Origin: Candidatus Bathyarchaeota archaeon
GTDB lineage: Archaea; Thermoproteota; Bathyarchaeia; Bathyarchaeales; Bathycorpusculaceae
DNA length: 64,000 nt
Assembly (NCBI GenBank): GCA_963715865.1
Contig: OY970280.1
Location: 512,001-576,000 of the forward strand
Direction: 5' to 3'
The first letter of the stretch is position 1. Each line of letters begins with the position of its first letter. The translations under genes were made by a program, and so were the position numbers. Positions 11,316 to 22,145 of this stretch are shown one piece after another. A model generated the notes under the pieces. The model searched no databases and was not told the origin of the DNA. It saw only the letters and a program-made list of their open reading frames with translations.

Positions 11316-12185
11316 TCATGGTAAGTGCCGTACAAAAGCTCCCAATGCGACAGAAACCGTTTGCACAATTTTCATGACGAAAATTCCAACGTAATGCAAT
11401 GGGTCGGTAATAAAGTAATTACGATGTCTGAAAAAAGAAGGTCGAATTATTGATATTTGCTTCAATCCGCTTAAACCATGCTTTTTGGTGAACAAACCCA
11501 GCGAACCAGTTTTCCCATAGCTAAACATTCTTATTACAACTTCGCCCAGAGAAGAAGGCTCACCAAGATGCCATAGGGCAGAATCCTGCAACGAAGACAC
11601 CCGACACCCTGATTCAAGCAGCCTATTATGGAGATCATAATCTTCCCAAGCAACAATAGTTTCATCATAGCCACCTACCGCCAAGAAAACACTTCGATCA
11701 ATGAATCGTGGGGCAACATTAACCATATCATCCAACAACATTTTCTGTTCCAACATCCTACAGGATACCCAAAAATTATTCGGCCCATTCGGATGTGGCA
11801 AAACTGGAACCACAATAGCCTCAGCCCCCTTATGGCAGAGCTTGAGACATTTTTCTATAAGGTCCTTGTCCAAAACCATGTCTGAGTCGACGCGAAGAAT
11901 GTATTTCCCACTCGCGTAGGATACACCGTGATTCATTTGAGCTGATCTTTCTGGTCCTTTCGTTAAAGTTTTCACTCCGAGACTTTCAGCCATTCTTTTT
12001 GTTCCGTCTGAACTATAGTTGTCAATGACGATTATCTCAATATTCTGATAAGTTTGCGCCTTAACTGATTCAATGCATTTCTCTATTGTGCTACCTGAGT
12101 TATATGTTGGAATTAAAACGGAAACTAACGGTTTATCCTCCGGAAGGTTGACTTGATTTCTCAGAGAATTATTTGTTTTTTCCAA
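11316..12185 (-). CDS. GT2 glycosyltransferase
   Basis: VSVLIPTYN, IDNYSSDGT, RVDSD, WEDYDL. Confidence 0.9.
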   Translation of the reverse strand: MEKTNNSLRNQVNLPEDKPLVSVLIPTYNSGSTIEKCIESVKAQTYQNIEIIVIDNYSSDGTKRMAESLGVKTLTKGPERSAQMNHGVSYASGKYILRVDSDMVLDKDLIEKCLKLCHKGAEAIVVPVLPHPNGPNNFWVSCRMLEQKMLLDDMVNVAPRFIDRSVFLAVGGYDETIVAWEDYDLHNRLLESGCRVSSLQDSALWHLGEPSSLGEVVIRMFSYGKTGSLGLFTKKHGLSGLKQISIIRPSFFRHRNYFITDPLHYVGIFVMKIVQTVSVALGAFVRHLP

Positions 12186-13641
12186 AATCTTTCACGTGCC
12201 CTAAGACTTTTGCTGCACCCTTAACTGAATATTTAACATCTCTGAGTGAGCGTATTCTAACAAGTTGTTTGAGCATGTATTGTGGTGTTAAGAATACTTT
12301 GTATATTTCGTCGCAGAGTTTCATTACTTCTTCAGGCGTCATATCAGGCGTAGTCATGACAGGTTCTTTCATGTCGAAACGTTCATAATCCTTCGGGTCA
12401 ACTCGGAACCACCCATTCTTCAAGGCTTCAGCGTACAATTTACTACCTGGATAAGGAATAACAACGGTAGACTGCAGGGTAACAGCCCAGCCTTTCTGCA
12501 TCATCGTTTTTGCAACATTCAAAGTACTTAAGGCGTCTTGGCGTGTTTCCCATGGATAACCCACCATAATCGTTATGTGCGGTTCTAACCCTTCTTCTCG
12601 GGGTATTCTGCACTCGTTCATGATATCGTCGATTCGTGTTCCTTTGTTAAGCCTGTCAAGTGTAGCTTGGCTTCCAGATTCCACACCGAAAAGAAGCATT
12701 CGGAAACCCGCCTTCTTCATTAACCGATAATCATCCCGTGTTAATGCTCCAAATCGCATGTTGCAGCTAAACTGGACTTTTTTGTTATATCCTCGTTCGA
12801 TCATCAGGTTGGCGAAGCGTCTAAGCCATTCTCCCGCTGGAAAACAGCCAGTGTCATCAAACACTGACTTAACGCCGTAATTTTCAATTAACAATCCAAT
12901 CTCGTCTGCTAATCGTTCAGGCTTCATCGCTCGGAAAGTGGGATACAAGGTTGGCCAGGAGCAGAAGGTGCAGCCACCGTCTTTCCTCCACCAACAGTCG
13001 CGACCTGCCATAGTGTAGGCGCCTGGAGTAACCTTGAAGTTGCCGTTTCGCTCGTTGTAAAGCTGCCACTTCGTCAAGTCACGATTAATATGTGGTAAAT
13101 CGTCCAAACTATGATTTAATTTGAACTGCCCAGTATTTTTTATGTTTCCATTTTCTCGATACCAAACTCCAGACTCAAGCTGCTTCACCTTGCCACATAG
13201 AAAGTTAACCAAGTTCAGCAGCAGAAAGTCATAGTCGCCACCTGTGAGAACAAAATCAACTTGACTTTGCTCCATTGATTCCTGAGGCAATGCAGTAACA
13301 TGATCGCCAACCAAAACAACTTTTGAAGCGGAAAGAACCTTTTTCACATCACTAATCATAGCCCAGTGCTTTTTAACCACAGGAGTTTTGGTCTCAATCA
13401 TGATGACATCGGGACTACTATGCTCAAGGTCGTTTAGCCACTGGTTGTAACTTTTCTCTTCGGCAATACCGTCATCCCATATAACTTCATAACCTGAGTT
13501 ATCCAACATCGTTGCGGCATATGCGGGAACAACAGGGTAAATGTAGGTTGGTGATTTGAAGTATTGAAATTGCCTGTTTTGTGATAGGAGCGGAACTCCT
13601 TTATCTGAATTTATTGGGGGATAAGAGATGCTGATTTTCAT
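12169..13641 (-). CDS. B12-binding domain radical SAM protein (class B-like)
   Basis: N-terminal cobalamin-binding region (P..PAYAATML; LVGDHVTALP), CWWRKDGGCTFC cluster motif, FGVESGSQ..L..LNKG, IMVGYPWET. Confidence 0.85.
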   Translation of the reverse strand: MKISISYPPINSDKGVPLLSQNRQFQYFKSPTYIYPVVPAYAATMLDNSGYEVIWDDGIAEEKSYNQWLNDLEHSSPDVIMIETKTPVVKKHWAMISDVKKVLSASKVVLVGDHVTALPQESMEQSQVDFVLTGGDYDFLLLNLVNFLCGKVKQLESGVWYRENGNIKNTGQFKLNHSLDDLPHINRDLTKWQLYNERNGNFKVTPGAYTMAGRDCWWRKDGGCTFCSWPTLYPTFRAMKPERLADEIGLLIENYGVKSVFDDTGCFPAGEWLRRFANLMIERGYNKKVQFSCNMRFGALTRDDYRLMKKAGFRMLLFGVESGSQATLDRLNKGTRIDDIMNECRIPREEGLEPHITIMVGYPWETRQDALSTLNVAKTMMQKGWAVTLQSTVVIPYPGSKLYAEALKNGWFRVDPKDYERFDMKEPVMTTPDMTPEEVMKLCDEIYKVFLTPQYMLKQLVRIRSLRDVKYSVKGAAKVLGHVKDFGKNK

Positions 13642-14594
13642 CGTTTCAAATCACGCTTCGCTAGGCCAGATAAAAAGAAGGATCCGTAGACTAAGTGTGT
13701 TGCGATTATGCCTAACCATACTGAAAGGAGAAGCTTCATGCCCTTCACCTGCAACGCCGCTGCAGTTAAACTCAATACAAGGTACAGTGCTACACCTAAT
13801 AGTACAACATATGCAAAGAGCGGAAAAAATACTGAAAGGACTATTCCTACGATAAGAGAGGAGACAAGCAGGGACGGAAAGAAATAAGTGAGCTTCGCGG
13901 AGTTCTCTGGGAACCTTTTGGCAAAGAATCCTCTGTGTTCCCCAAATCTTGAAACTTGCCTGAGGTGTGGTTTAAAAAGTGAACGCCGATGATGATAGAC
14001 CGCTACATCAGATGATTCAATCAATTTTCTGCCTATTTTTCTTATTGCCAAGCACATGAGCGTGTCTTCACCTGGCCAGTATTTTTCATTCCATCCACCA
14101 GCCTCTTTTATTATCGCTTTTCGAGCTATGAAATTGCATGAGTGTATGTCGTCTGATTCGAAACAGCTTTTAGTTTTGTACCTACTCGATAAATTGCCGA
14201 CCATAAATGACGAAAGAACGTAACCGCCAGCCTTTTGAAGCAAACCATCTGTTTCAGGTGTTAATCCAGGCCCCCCGACACCACCAACCTGTGGATCTTC
14301 AAGATGCTTTAAAGCGTTGGTTAACCAGTCACTTCGGGGATAAGCGTCGTTATCGATGAAAGCACAGAACTCGCCATTTGAGCTTTTAACGCCCATGTTA
14401 CGTTTGACTCCTGGAGCTACCGGTCCAGTGGCTATGACTCTAACGCCATCAATCGCTTCGGTGGGATAATCAGGTAACAATATTATCTCAAAATTTGGGT
14501 AATCCAAGCGTCTACAATATTCAATACATTCTCTCGTGTAATCGTCCACGTCTTTGCAAGGAATAATAATTGAAACAAGTGCCTTTGAGGACAT
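13638..14594 (-). CDS. GT2 glycosyltransferase with C-terminal TM helices
   Basis: VSIIIPC, FIDND, GEDT; three C-terminal hydrophobic segments. Confidence 0.85.
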   Translation of the reverse strand: MSSKALVSIIIPCKDVDDYTRECIEYCRRLDYPNFEIILLPDYPTEAIDGVRVIATGPVAPGVKRNMGVKSSNGEFCAFIDNDAYPRSDWLTNALKHLEDPQVGGVGGPGLTPETDGLLQKAGGYVLSSFMVGNLSSRYKTKSCFESDDIHSCNFIARKAIIKEAGGWNEKYWPGEDTLMCLAIRKIGRKLIESSDVAVYHHRRSLFKPHLRQVSRFGEHRGFFAKRFPENSAKLTYFFPSLLVSSLIVGIVLSVFFPLFAYVVLLGVALYLVLSLTAAALQVKGMKLLLSVWLGIIATHLVYGSFFLSGLAKRDLKR

Positions 14595-15367
14595 TAAGGT
14601 TCACGAAGAACAAATGAAACCATGTTTTGAAAACCGTTTTTCTTAGAAAGCGGACGCTGATACCAATGTATGATCCGAAGTCTGTACGCTATTCCAAGCA
14701 AATCAACAAACATGTGCAACATCTCCTTTGGCTTAAACGAAGCATCTAACTTGATATTTACAGGCATCTCTACCACTTTTAAGCCATAAAGATGCGCCAC
14801 AGATAACAACTCAACATCGAAAGCATAACGCTTCACAGCCAATCTGGGGAAAATGTCAATGAACGCACTCTTTTTCATTGCTTTAAGCCCGGACTGGGTA
14901 TCTTTGAGAGGCACGCCGGTGAGAAGACGAACTAAACCATTGAAGCCTTCACTCAAAATTCTCCTAGACACAGGCACCTTCACATGCGAATCCCTATGCC
15001 TTTTAGAAGCGATAACGATGTCACAATGCTTCAAAGCCTCAAGATATTCTGAGATTGCGCTAAAATCAATTTCCATGTCACTATCCGCAAAAACCACGAT
15101 GCTCCCATTAGCCTTCGTAAAACCAGTCTTAACCGCAAACCCTTTCCCCACATTCTTGGTGTAGCTTACCACCCTGACATGCCCATTTTTCCCAGCGTAC
15201 CTCCTCGCTTTTGCTAAAGTGCCATCTCTGCTCCCGTCATCCACAACAACAATTTCATACGGCAAATTCTTATCCGCAATAACCGCCTCTATTGACTCAA
15301 GCATGTCCTCAATGAAGTCTTCCTCATTGTATGCTGGAATAACAAAAGATAATTCTACTTGCTCCAT
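14594..15367 (-). CDS. Polyprenyl/dolichyl-phosphate glycosyltransferase (GT2, DPM1/AglJ-like)
   Basis: VIPAYNEE, VVDDGSRDGT, GKGFAVKTG, FADSD, DTQSGLK, FDVELL. Confidence 0.85.
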   Translation of the reverse strand: MEQVELSFVIPAYNEEDFIEDMLESIEAVIADKNLPYEIVVVDDGSRDGTLAKARRYAGKNGHVRVVSYTKNVGKGFAVKTGFTKANGSIVVFADSDMEIDFSAISEYLEALKHCDIVIASKRHRDSHVKVPVSRRILSEGFNGLVRLLTGVPLKDTQSGLKAMKKSAFIDIFPRLAVKRYAFDVELLSVAHLYGLKVVEMPVNIKLDASFKPKEMLHMFVDLLGIAYRLRIIHWYQRPLSKKNGFQNMVSFVLREP

Positions 15368-15618
15368 TAAACAGCCACCTCATCATCGCTTTTTCCGCGA
15401 TATTTCAGAAAGCAAGAAAGTTGGAGAAAAACTCCAGCGATCAGGGCATAATACGCGTAAACGGCTACAGTGTCAGCTAAGGAAGACAAGCCTGCAGATA
15501 AGGAAACAGCCGCACTGAGCAAAAGCAGCATAAACCCAACTATAAAGGGAGAGCCCCAATTCTCCTTAACGTACCCTTTAACTTTAACCGTAATCTTGTT
15601 GAAGCCAATTTGAGTCAT
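15367..15618 (-). CDS. Small two-TM membrane protein
   Basis: 83 aa, two hydrophobic helices, abuts the downstream GT gene. Confidence 0.6.
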   Translation of the reverse strand: MTQIGFNKITVKVKGYVKENWGSPFIVGFMLLLLSAAVSLSAGLSSLADTVAVYAYYALIAGVFLQLSCFLKYRGKSDDEVAV

Positions 15619-15758
15619 GTTATAGAGGCACTGTTCTTCTAGTTTAAAAGCGAAGCTCAGAATTTAACATTTGCTATAATCTCGGAGCACCGTTAAACGA
15701 AAAACCTCTAAAGATCCAGATAAAATAGGATCATGGCATAAAAATTTTAGAAACATTG

Positions 15759-16154
15759 CTATCTTTTGAATATTTTAACATTATTAATATGCATAACAGC
15801 TAAAAAGACTGCGAACGAAGAATCAAATACCCAACCACCAGCAGAAATATTTCCTAACTTCTGAGCCGTGAAACTTATTTTTTGAGCCAGAGGCAAACCA
15901 ATTTCCCTCAAACGACTTGAAAAGCTGCTTTTTATAGCATCTTCCAGCTTCCTTGTGAGCACAGCGATACTTTTTGCTAACTTTGCACTTCGGACGGTAT
16001 CTACAACTCTTATTGTTAAATCAAAGAGTACTCTGTCTATTCTCTGCAATGCTTTGAACCATGCGCCAGAACGCATAGCTTTAGTTTTCAGATTTACCAA
16101 TTGTTTTTTATCAAGGAAGCGAAAAACACCACCATTTTGTGCAACTTTAGACAT
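15759..16154 (-). CDS. Hypothetical basic protein
   Basis: 131-aa ORF on the operon strand; no recognised motif. Confidence 0.55.
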   Translation of the reverse strand: MSKVAQNGGVFRFLDKKQLVNLKTKAMRSGAWFKALQRIDRVLFDLTIRVVDTVRSAKLAKSIAVLTRKLEDAIKSSFSSRLREIGLPLAQKISFTAQKLGNISAGGWVFDSSFAVFLAVMHINNVKIFKR

Positions 16155-16337
16155 CGTTTGTTTCCTTTCTCATACGGTTATTTTTAGCAACACTCTTTGT
16201 GAGTATTTATGAATTATGCATGTTAAATGAAATTTAACCTTTCAGTATTTAGGCTCAGAATATTATTTAAGTCTTGATTTACGCAATTTTTCGTAAGCTA
16301 AACCATATCTTGAAATTTCGTCATATTCGAAGCTAAT

Positions 16338-17869
16338 TCACGTAACTACATTGGTCATATTGTAACTGTAGACTGCAATTTTTCCACTATGATAGACTTC
16401 GTGAAATGACGGTGACACAGTTGGTTGCCCATACCATCCTTGTCCATTTACCCACCATAAAAGGTATATTTGTGTATGTCCTTCTTGAGCAGCTGTCATT
16501 GCCGCCTTCGCAGAGTCGTCAAATCCGTAGTTCCTGACCTGATTATTATTGAGCGTTAACAATGCCCAACTATAAAACACTGTATGCGTAAGCAAAAGCG
16601 CACTGCTATTCACGTTATCTTTGAACCATTGGAGAACGTTGACTGTGTCTTGACAGTCGGTAATTGAAATCGTATTCTGCAACATTGAAGATGGCATTTG
16701 GTATATGTATTTGTTGCATTGCTCTGGATTAAAGTACAAGAAGGGTTTTTCCGAAGTCATAAATATGAAGCCAAAACTTAGAATAGCTGTTGATAAAACG
16801 AGGTATAATACCGCAATTCTACGCACAGTAAACTTGAAACGTTTCCATTTAATTGACTTGAGCCTGCTTAGAGCGTCCGTCGCGTAAAATGCAAGCGGAT
16901 ACGTAAGCATTAATACCCAACGATAAGGGCTCACAGAAGCGATTGGAAGCAACAACAAAATCAAGCTCAAGAGAAGCCAAGACCTAAGTTGAAGATTTCC
17001 AAGTCGCCACAGACTTACCAGCACCAAGGGCAGTATAGGCAAGAAACAATACAAGAAGAAACCCCCTGCGCTTATCAACATAGATTGATAGGAAGTAAAG
17101 CCAGTCCAGCTAGCCAAGGGCGACCCAACATTCGTTGAGTAATTAAGAAAGCCAGACTGCGCCACACCACTTAAATAAACGATGACAAAATAAAGCGCCG
17201 CAGGCAAAGAAACCACAATCAGATCAATTGACCCAATAAAATCTTTACGGAACAAGTTATAGGCAACTGTAAAAACAATAACTCCAAACATAAGTACCGA
17301 TACAAGTTGATGAGATAACACCACGGTCATCATCGCTAAAGAAAGAACAACATAACGTTTCCACGAACTGTCCTTTCGGTTGATAAGCAGAACATAAGGA
17401 CAACAAAAAAGAAAACCAAACCAAGCTCTTCTCGAAGTTGATCCCAAGAAGCTCTTAAAGCCACAAAATAAACCGTCCCTAAAAGAGCAACAAACGTACT
17501 TTTAGATGGCGACCAGCCCAAGCCTCTCTTGGCATACGCAAATATTGATAGCCCTAAGAAACCGAGAAGCAACGGCGAAATTATCTTAAGCACTAAAACC
17601 GGTGATCCGCCAGCAGCAACTATTGACATGAAGATGGTGTAGAATAGCGGAGCAGTTTCAAGGTAGCCCCATAGGTTTATGCCACCATGTAGCCACAACA
17701 GAGTGTTTGGAACATAAAAGCCCATGGTATCGAAGCCGACGACGTAGGGTCCCATTAAAATCTCAGGTATAGCCCTCACAATTAACGGTACGACAAATGC
17801 CAGAAAGGGAAAAATAATATTCCGATTTCGGGTAATCCAACCTTTTACAGGATTACGAGCTTTAGTCAC
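16338..17869 (-). pseudogene. Polytopic membrane protein (GT-C-like), one frameshift near 17390
   Basis: ORFs 17336-17869 and 16338-17447 join into one ~510-aa protein if one base is restored at ATGTT|CTG (LMFLLINRK); GFDTMGFY loop after TM1. Confidence 0.6.
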
Positions 17870-18023
17870 TTTTTATTCTCCAACGTTACGAGCAAATTAT
17901 AGATTTATTAAACTGTTGATTGCCATCCTAAATGCCTTGCGCTTGTAAAAAGATAGATATGGAAAAATTCCAGAATTATAAAGATAGGAATTCACTGACT
18001 GCTCAATCTACGATAACCATGCG

Positions 18024-19438
18024 TTATGGATTATTCTGTATAGCGTACAGTGCGGCATCTAAGATTAAACCATTCGTATTACTGCCAACCTGATGAAACC
18101 AAATTCCCACTATTATCGCACCGTCAGAGTAACCATTTGTAGGGTCAGGAAGACTTTGCTCAAGATAAACAACCATATTGCGGGCAAACGTCGTGTTGTA
18201 AAGAGCCAAGAAACTAAATGCCACCTTATTATAAACAACAGGATTCATATCCAAATATGAACTGCTCCCAGATTGAGTTATTTTCCATGTATCGCCGCTG
18301 CCTGTAGTCACCCACTCCCATACGAAACCGTTTGGACTATTTCCTTCGCTAAAAGCTACATATTGTCCTGTCGCATTATAATAGGCTTCATGAGCCAAAT
18401 AAACTTGCTTCGACAAAGCCAGCAACCTAGAATCATTATTATTAAGCTCAAAAACAGAACAAAGCAACGGGTCACCAGTAATCGCAGCATTAGGCAATGA
18501 AACATTACCATAAGGTGTGTAACATTTCCAGAATTAACAATGTTACTCAATATTGTACTAGGAACATTTGCAAGTTGTTGGGCCAAAAACTTGCAAAACC
18601 GCTATCAAAATAGTAAGCATAAATACTATTCGAACTCAGCACCATTGGCGATGCTAGGCACTAAAGCAGTATAGTTAGATCTCCCATAAAGCTGCCCATT
18701 AAGAGCTATGTTATTTATACGCGGCGCCAAACTACTATTGAAAGCTCTAAGATTGTTAAGAGCAACAAACAATCTCCCAGTATCAACAACATCAACAGTG
18801 TCCGTTGACAAATCTGATAGTGCATGATAGTCTAATCCAGTTGTCGCATCGTAGAACCAGAACGGATAACCAGTAGTAGCATTAACCTCGCGGGTTTCTA
18901 GAAACCTAACAACCTTCTCCAAACGTGCACTAGAACCCCAAGCGCCGTCATTGCCTATCAAACCTGTTTTATTTGCATCAATGACAGCTTGAATATAAAC
19001 ACCTAAATCCCAATCAGTAAAATAGTGAAAACCTGTAGCACCTCCGGCGTAAGGAAGCCCAGTATTAGAATCCACGCCCACACCAGGTTGAAAATATTGC
19101 CAAGCATTCGCCGCCACCTGCATCCAGACAGTACTATTGATGGTTTGAGCCGACTCTATTAAGCCGGGAGGCGTGCTATTGTTCAGTTTTGGCAAAATTG
19201 CAAAAATAGAAACTAACATAACAGTTATAATCGCGAACACTATCAGACACTTCGCCTTTTTGCTAAATCGCCACCGATTCTGCCTGAAAAAGCCTTTTTT
19301 ACGCTCAGCCTCAAGAGAAGCCTCTAAAGCAACAAGCCTAAGGCATAGAAGAGAGCGAATTTTTTTGTAATTAACCAACCTTTGCGTCACCGTGACAGGA
19401 TTGTTTCGTTTTAAGTAAGTGGTAATTCCTCTCTCCAT
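18024..19438 (-). pseudogene. DUF3131-like membrane-anchored glycoside hydrolase/transglycosylase, frameshifted
   Basis: N-terminal TM anchor, AANAWQYF..GVD..TGLP, FTDWDLG, DTGRL, C-terminal NTNGLILDAALY; 2-3 frame changes between 18500 and 18630. Confidence 0.55.
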
Positions 19439-19574
19439 AGAGAGCCAACCACCCTATCGGTGGGAACAATGAATGAATATGCGAAAGTTTAATTTAAAAT
19501 TATGTTAAAAGAAATCCAATCCTATTGAATTATTTTTTAATGTACTTAATCAATTTTTATGCATGTAAAGCAGG

Positions 19575-20807
19575 CTAGTTAGCCAAGTTTGAAGTTATGA
19601 ATCCCTTTTTAACTGTTTTACTCCAAACCCTTTTTCGTCTAAATATTAATTTTAGAAATGCCCAGCCAGCAATAAACATCTGAATAAGCCAATAAAGGTA
19701 AATTGAAGGTACCCAGAGAAGGTTTCGAAGTTTAATAGGCTTTTCAGATGCAGTTAACGCAATGCCGATTGAAAATAAAGAAACAGCCGTTAAAGCTATT
19801 ACTAGCCCTGTGAAGTCTAATATGGGGTTGCTTTGGGAGAGGAATAACGTGACAAAGAACCAGTTCAAATAGCTGAGCAATGATACAACCATCATAAATG
19901 GTCCAACAAGAGAGATTTCTGCATCCACAGTTTTTCTATTAAGGCTATCAAGAAGACGCCCATATTTTAGAGCCGTCTCCATGTACCCCCTATACCAACG
20001 GACCCGTTGCTTGACTAGGTCTCCTAAACCGTTCGGTGTTTCCTGTCCTGAGCAAACGTCAGGAGCATATTTTATCAGATGATTTTTTTCAACGAGCCGT
20101 AGTGCTAATTCCACATCTTCTGTAAGGGAAGTTTCATCCCAACCGCCTAACTCTTCTAGCACGTTGCGCCTTATGAACTGGCAAGTTCCATTTAATGGAA
20201 CGAATAATTGGAGCTTTTCTCTTCCGCTAAGTAAAGCTTGGAACCAAGCTTTCTCTTCCATCGCGATAACCCTTGTTAAAACGTTCGTTTTCTCATTTAG
20301 CGAAGTAGTTCTGCCTTGCACAGCCATTAATTGTTTATCGTTAAGGTATGATGCAACTTTTCTTAGCACTTCCTTTTCAGGAACACTATCAGCATCGAAA
20401 ACTCCCACGATTTCTCCCGTTACGTAAGGCAGGGCAAGGTTGAGAGCCGCTGGCTTGCCTTTGGATTCTTTTTCATTAATAACCTTGAAAATCTGAGGGT
20501 ATTTCGCTGAAAATTCCGAGCATATTTTGCATGTGGAGTCAGTTGAATTTCCATCTACGACTATTATTTCCATTTTATCCTTTGGATAATCTACATTTAG
20601 GAGACCGTTTAAACAGCGACCAATAACTGCTTCTTCGTCCTTAGTTGGCACTATAATTGAAAACTTTGGAAATTCCTCGTTTTTACCATCATTTAGAGAA
20701 CGCTTATGTTTACTTCTTATACCGACGTATATAATTGAGCCATTGTACACTGCCCAAAAGAGCAAAACTGCAAGCAGAAAAATTGAAAAGATATCAAAAA
20801 TTATCAT
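19575..20807 (-). CDS. Cellulose-synthase-like processive GT2
   Basis: N-terminal TM, VDGNSTD, GKPAALN, FDADS, TED, QRVRW (QxxRW), C-terminal TMs. Confidence 0.9.
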   Translation of the reverse strand: MIIFDIFSIFLLAVLLFWAVYNGSIIYVGIRSKHKRSLNDGKNEEFPKFSIIVPTKDEEAVIGRCLNGLLNVDYPKDKMEIIVVDGNSTDSTCKICSEFSAKYPQIFKVINEKESKGKPAALNLALPYVTGEIVGVFDADSVPEKEVLRKVASYLNDKQLMAVQGRTTSLNEKTNVLTRVIAMEEKAWFQALLSGREKLQLFVPLNGTCQFIRRNVLEELGGWDETSLTEDVELALRLVEKNHLIKYAPDVCSGQETPNGLGDLVKQRVRWYRGYMETALKYGRLLDSLNRKTVDAEISLVGPFMMVVSLLSYLNWFFVTLFLSQSNPILDFTGLVIALTAVSLFSIGIALTASEKPIKLRNLLWVPSIYLYWLIQMFIAGWAFLKLIFRRKRVWSKTVKKGFITSNLAN

Positions 20808-21245
20808 TCATGTTCCAGCTCAATTAACCTTCTACTAGATATTAAGAGTATGTTTTTGAGTAATTGGGCTGCTATATTTATCTCTGACAAGGCTCTGAAC
20901 CACGCGCCAACACTAATAGCTTTAAACTTTACCACTATATTTTTACTGAGAGGAAACGGAAGCATTTTTCACTACAGCTCGAATATTTGTTTTTAACCTT
21001 TTAAGTTTTGTTCATCTGTTACTAATTTATAGTTATTAAGCTATAGTTTAGAACCCAAGCAATAAAAAAGTATCTGAATAAACCCTATTTGCCTAACATT
21101 ACTCAACCAAGCGTTTACCAAGAAAATCCAATAAACTGCTGGCTTACTCACGAAACAAACAAATTTAGCTACTTAGCAATAATTGCTAACGCTCGTGAGA
21201 AAACTTAAAAGGGGTCAAACACATTTTTTTCTAATAGGAAAAGGC

Positions 21246-22145
21246 ATGCATAAGTTTTTTTTATTGTTTTTATTATTCTCAAGTTTATTTTTAACGGCAG
21301 GTATTTCTGCAATAAGTCAAGTGCAAGGGCAGAATCAAAACAATTATTCTTTGCAGATTCAGGGGCTTGCTTGGAACCGAACAACACTAAACGTTCTTCT
21401 CGTCACCCCAAATAACGTTTCATGGTGGAACCCCATCTATGTGAATTCGACGTTGCGAGCCATAGGCCAATGGAATGACGCGATTCGTTATTTTGCATCT
21501 AATTACTCCAACTTTGGATACCTTTCAAGCTTGAAATTTGAGCCGGCAGTTACGAATGAAACAAAAACAGGTTTTGATATCTGCCTTAATTGGACGGAGA
21601 CTACGCTAGACAATACCGCCGATGAAGTAGGGCTAACATCAACAACTGACCTCGTCAACGCCATAATAAACTGTACCATTAATCTTGCTGCACATACAAG
21701 CCATGGTGATGCTTTAAGCGATGGTGACATGCAAAATATTGCTCTTCACGAGTTGGGGCATAGTTTAGGTTTAGGGCATAGCAATTACACTGGCGATGTA
21801 ATGTATCCAGCGTATACTTTGCTAGGTTCTGCTGAATCAATCTCTACGCTTGATGTTTATGGAGTAGCCACTGTCTTTGCATGGATGTTAAATCCACCCA
21901 AGTTTTATCCAGTTAACGAGTGGCTGCAAAGTAATTCCGTGATTTTACCGTCAAATCAATATGAATATTTACCAGTGTCTCCTCAAAACGCTCGCCCCCA
22001 AACGCTCGCCAATAATCCTATTGTTCAAACTTTGATTTTAATGTTCGAGATTCTTATCCATCCTGAAATCCTAGCTATCGTGTTATTGTTTATCATAGTC
22101 CTGATTATTATCGCCTTAATTCCAAGCAAAAAGAAAAAGACCTAA
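21246..22145 (+). CDS. Membrane-anchored matrixin (M10) zinc metalloprotease
   Basis: Signal peptide, HELGHSLGLGHS, Met-turn DVMYP, C-terminal TM plus KKKK. Confidence 0.85.
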   Translation: MHKFFLLFLLFSSLFLTAGISAISQVQGQNQNNYSLQIQGLAWNRTTLNVLLVTPNNVSWWNPIYVNSTLRAIGQWNDAIRYFASNYSNFGYLSSLKFEPAVTNETKTGFDICLNWTETTLDNTADEVGLTSTTDLVNAIINCTINLAAHTSHGDALSDGDMQNIALHELGHSLGLGHSNYTGDVMYPAYTLLGSAESISTLDVYGVATVFAWMLNPPKFYPVNEWLQSNSVILPSNQYEYLPVSPQNARPQTLANNPIVQTLILMFEILIHPEILAIVLLFIIVLIIIALIPSKKKKT

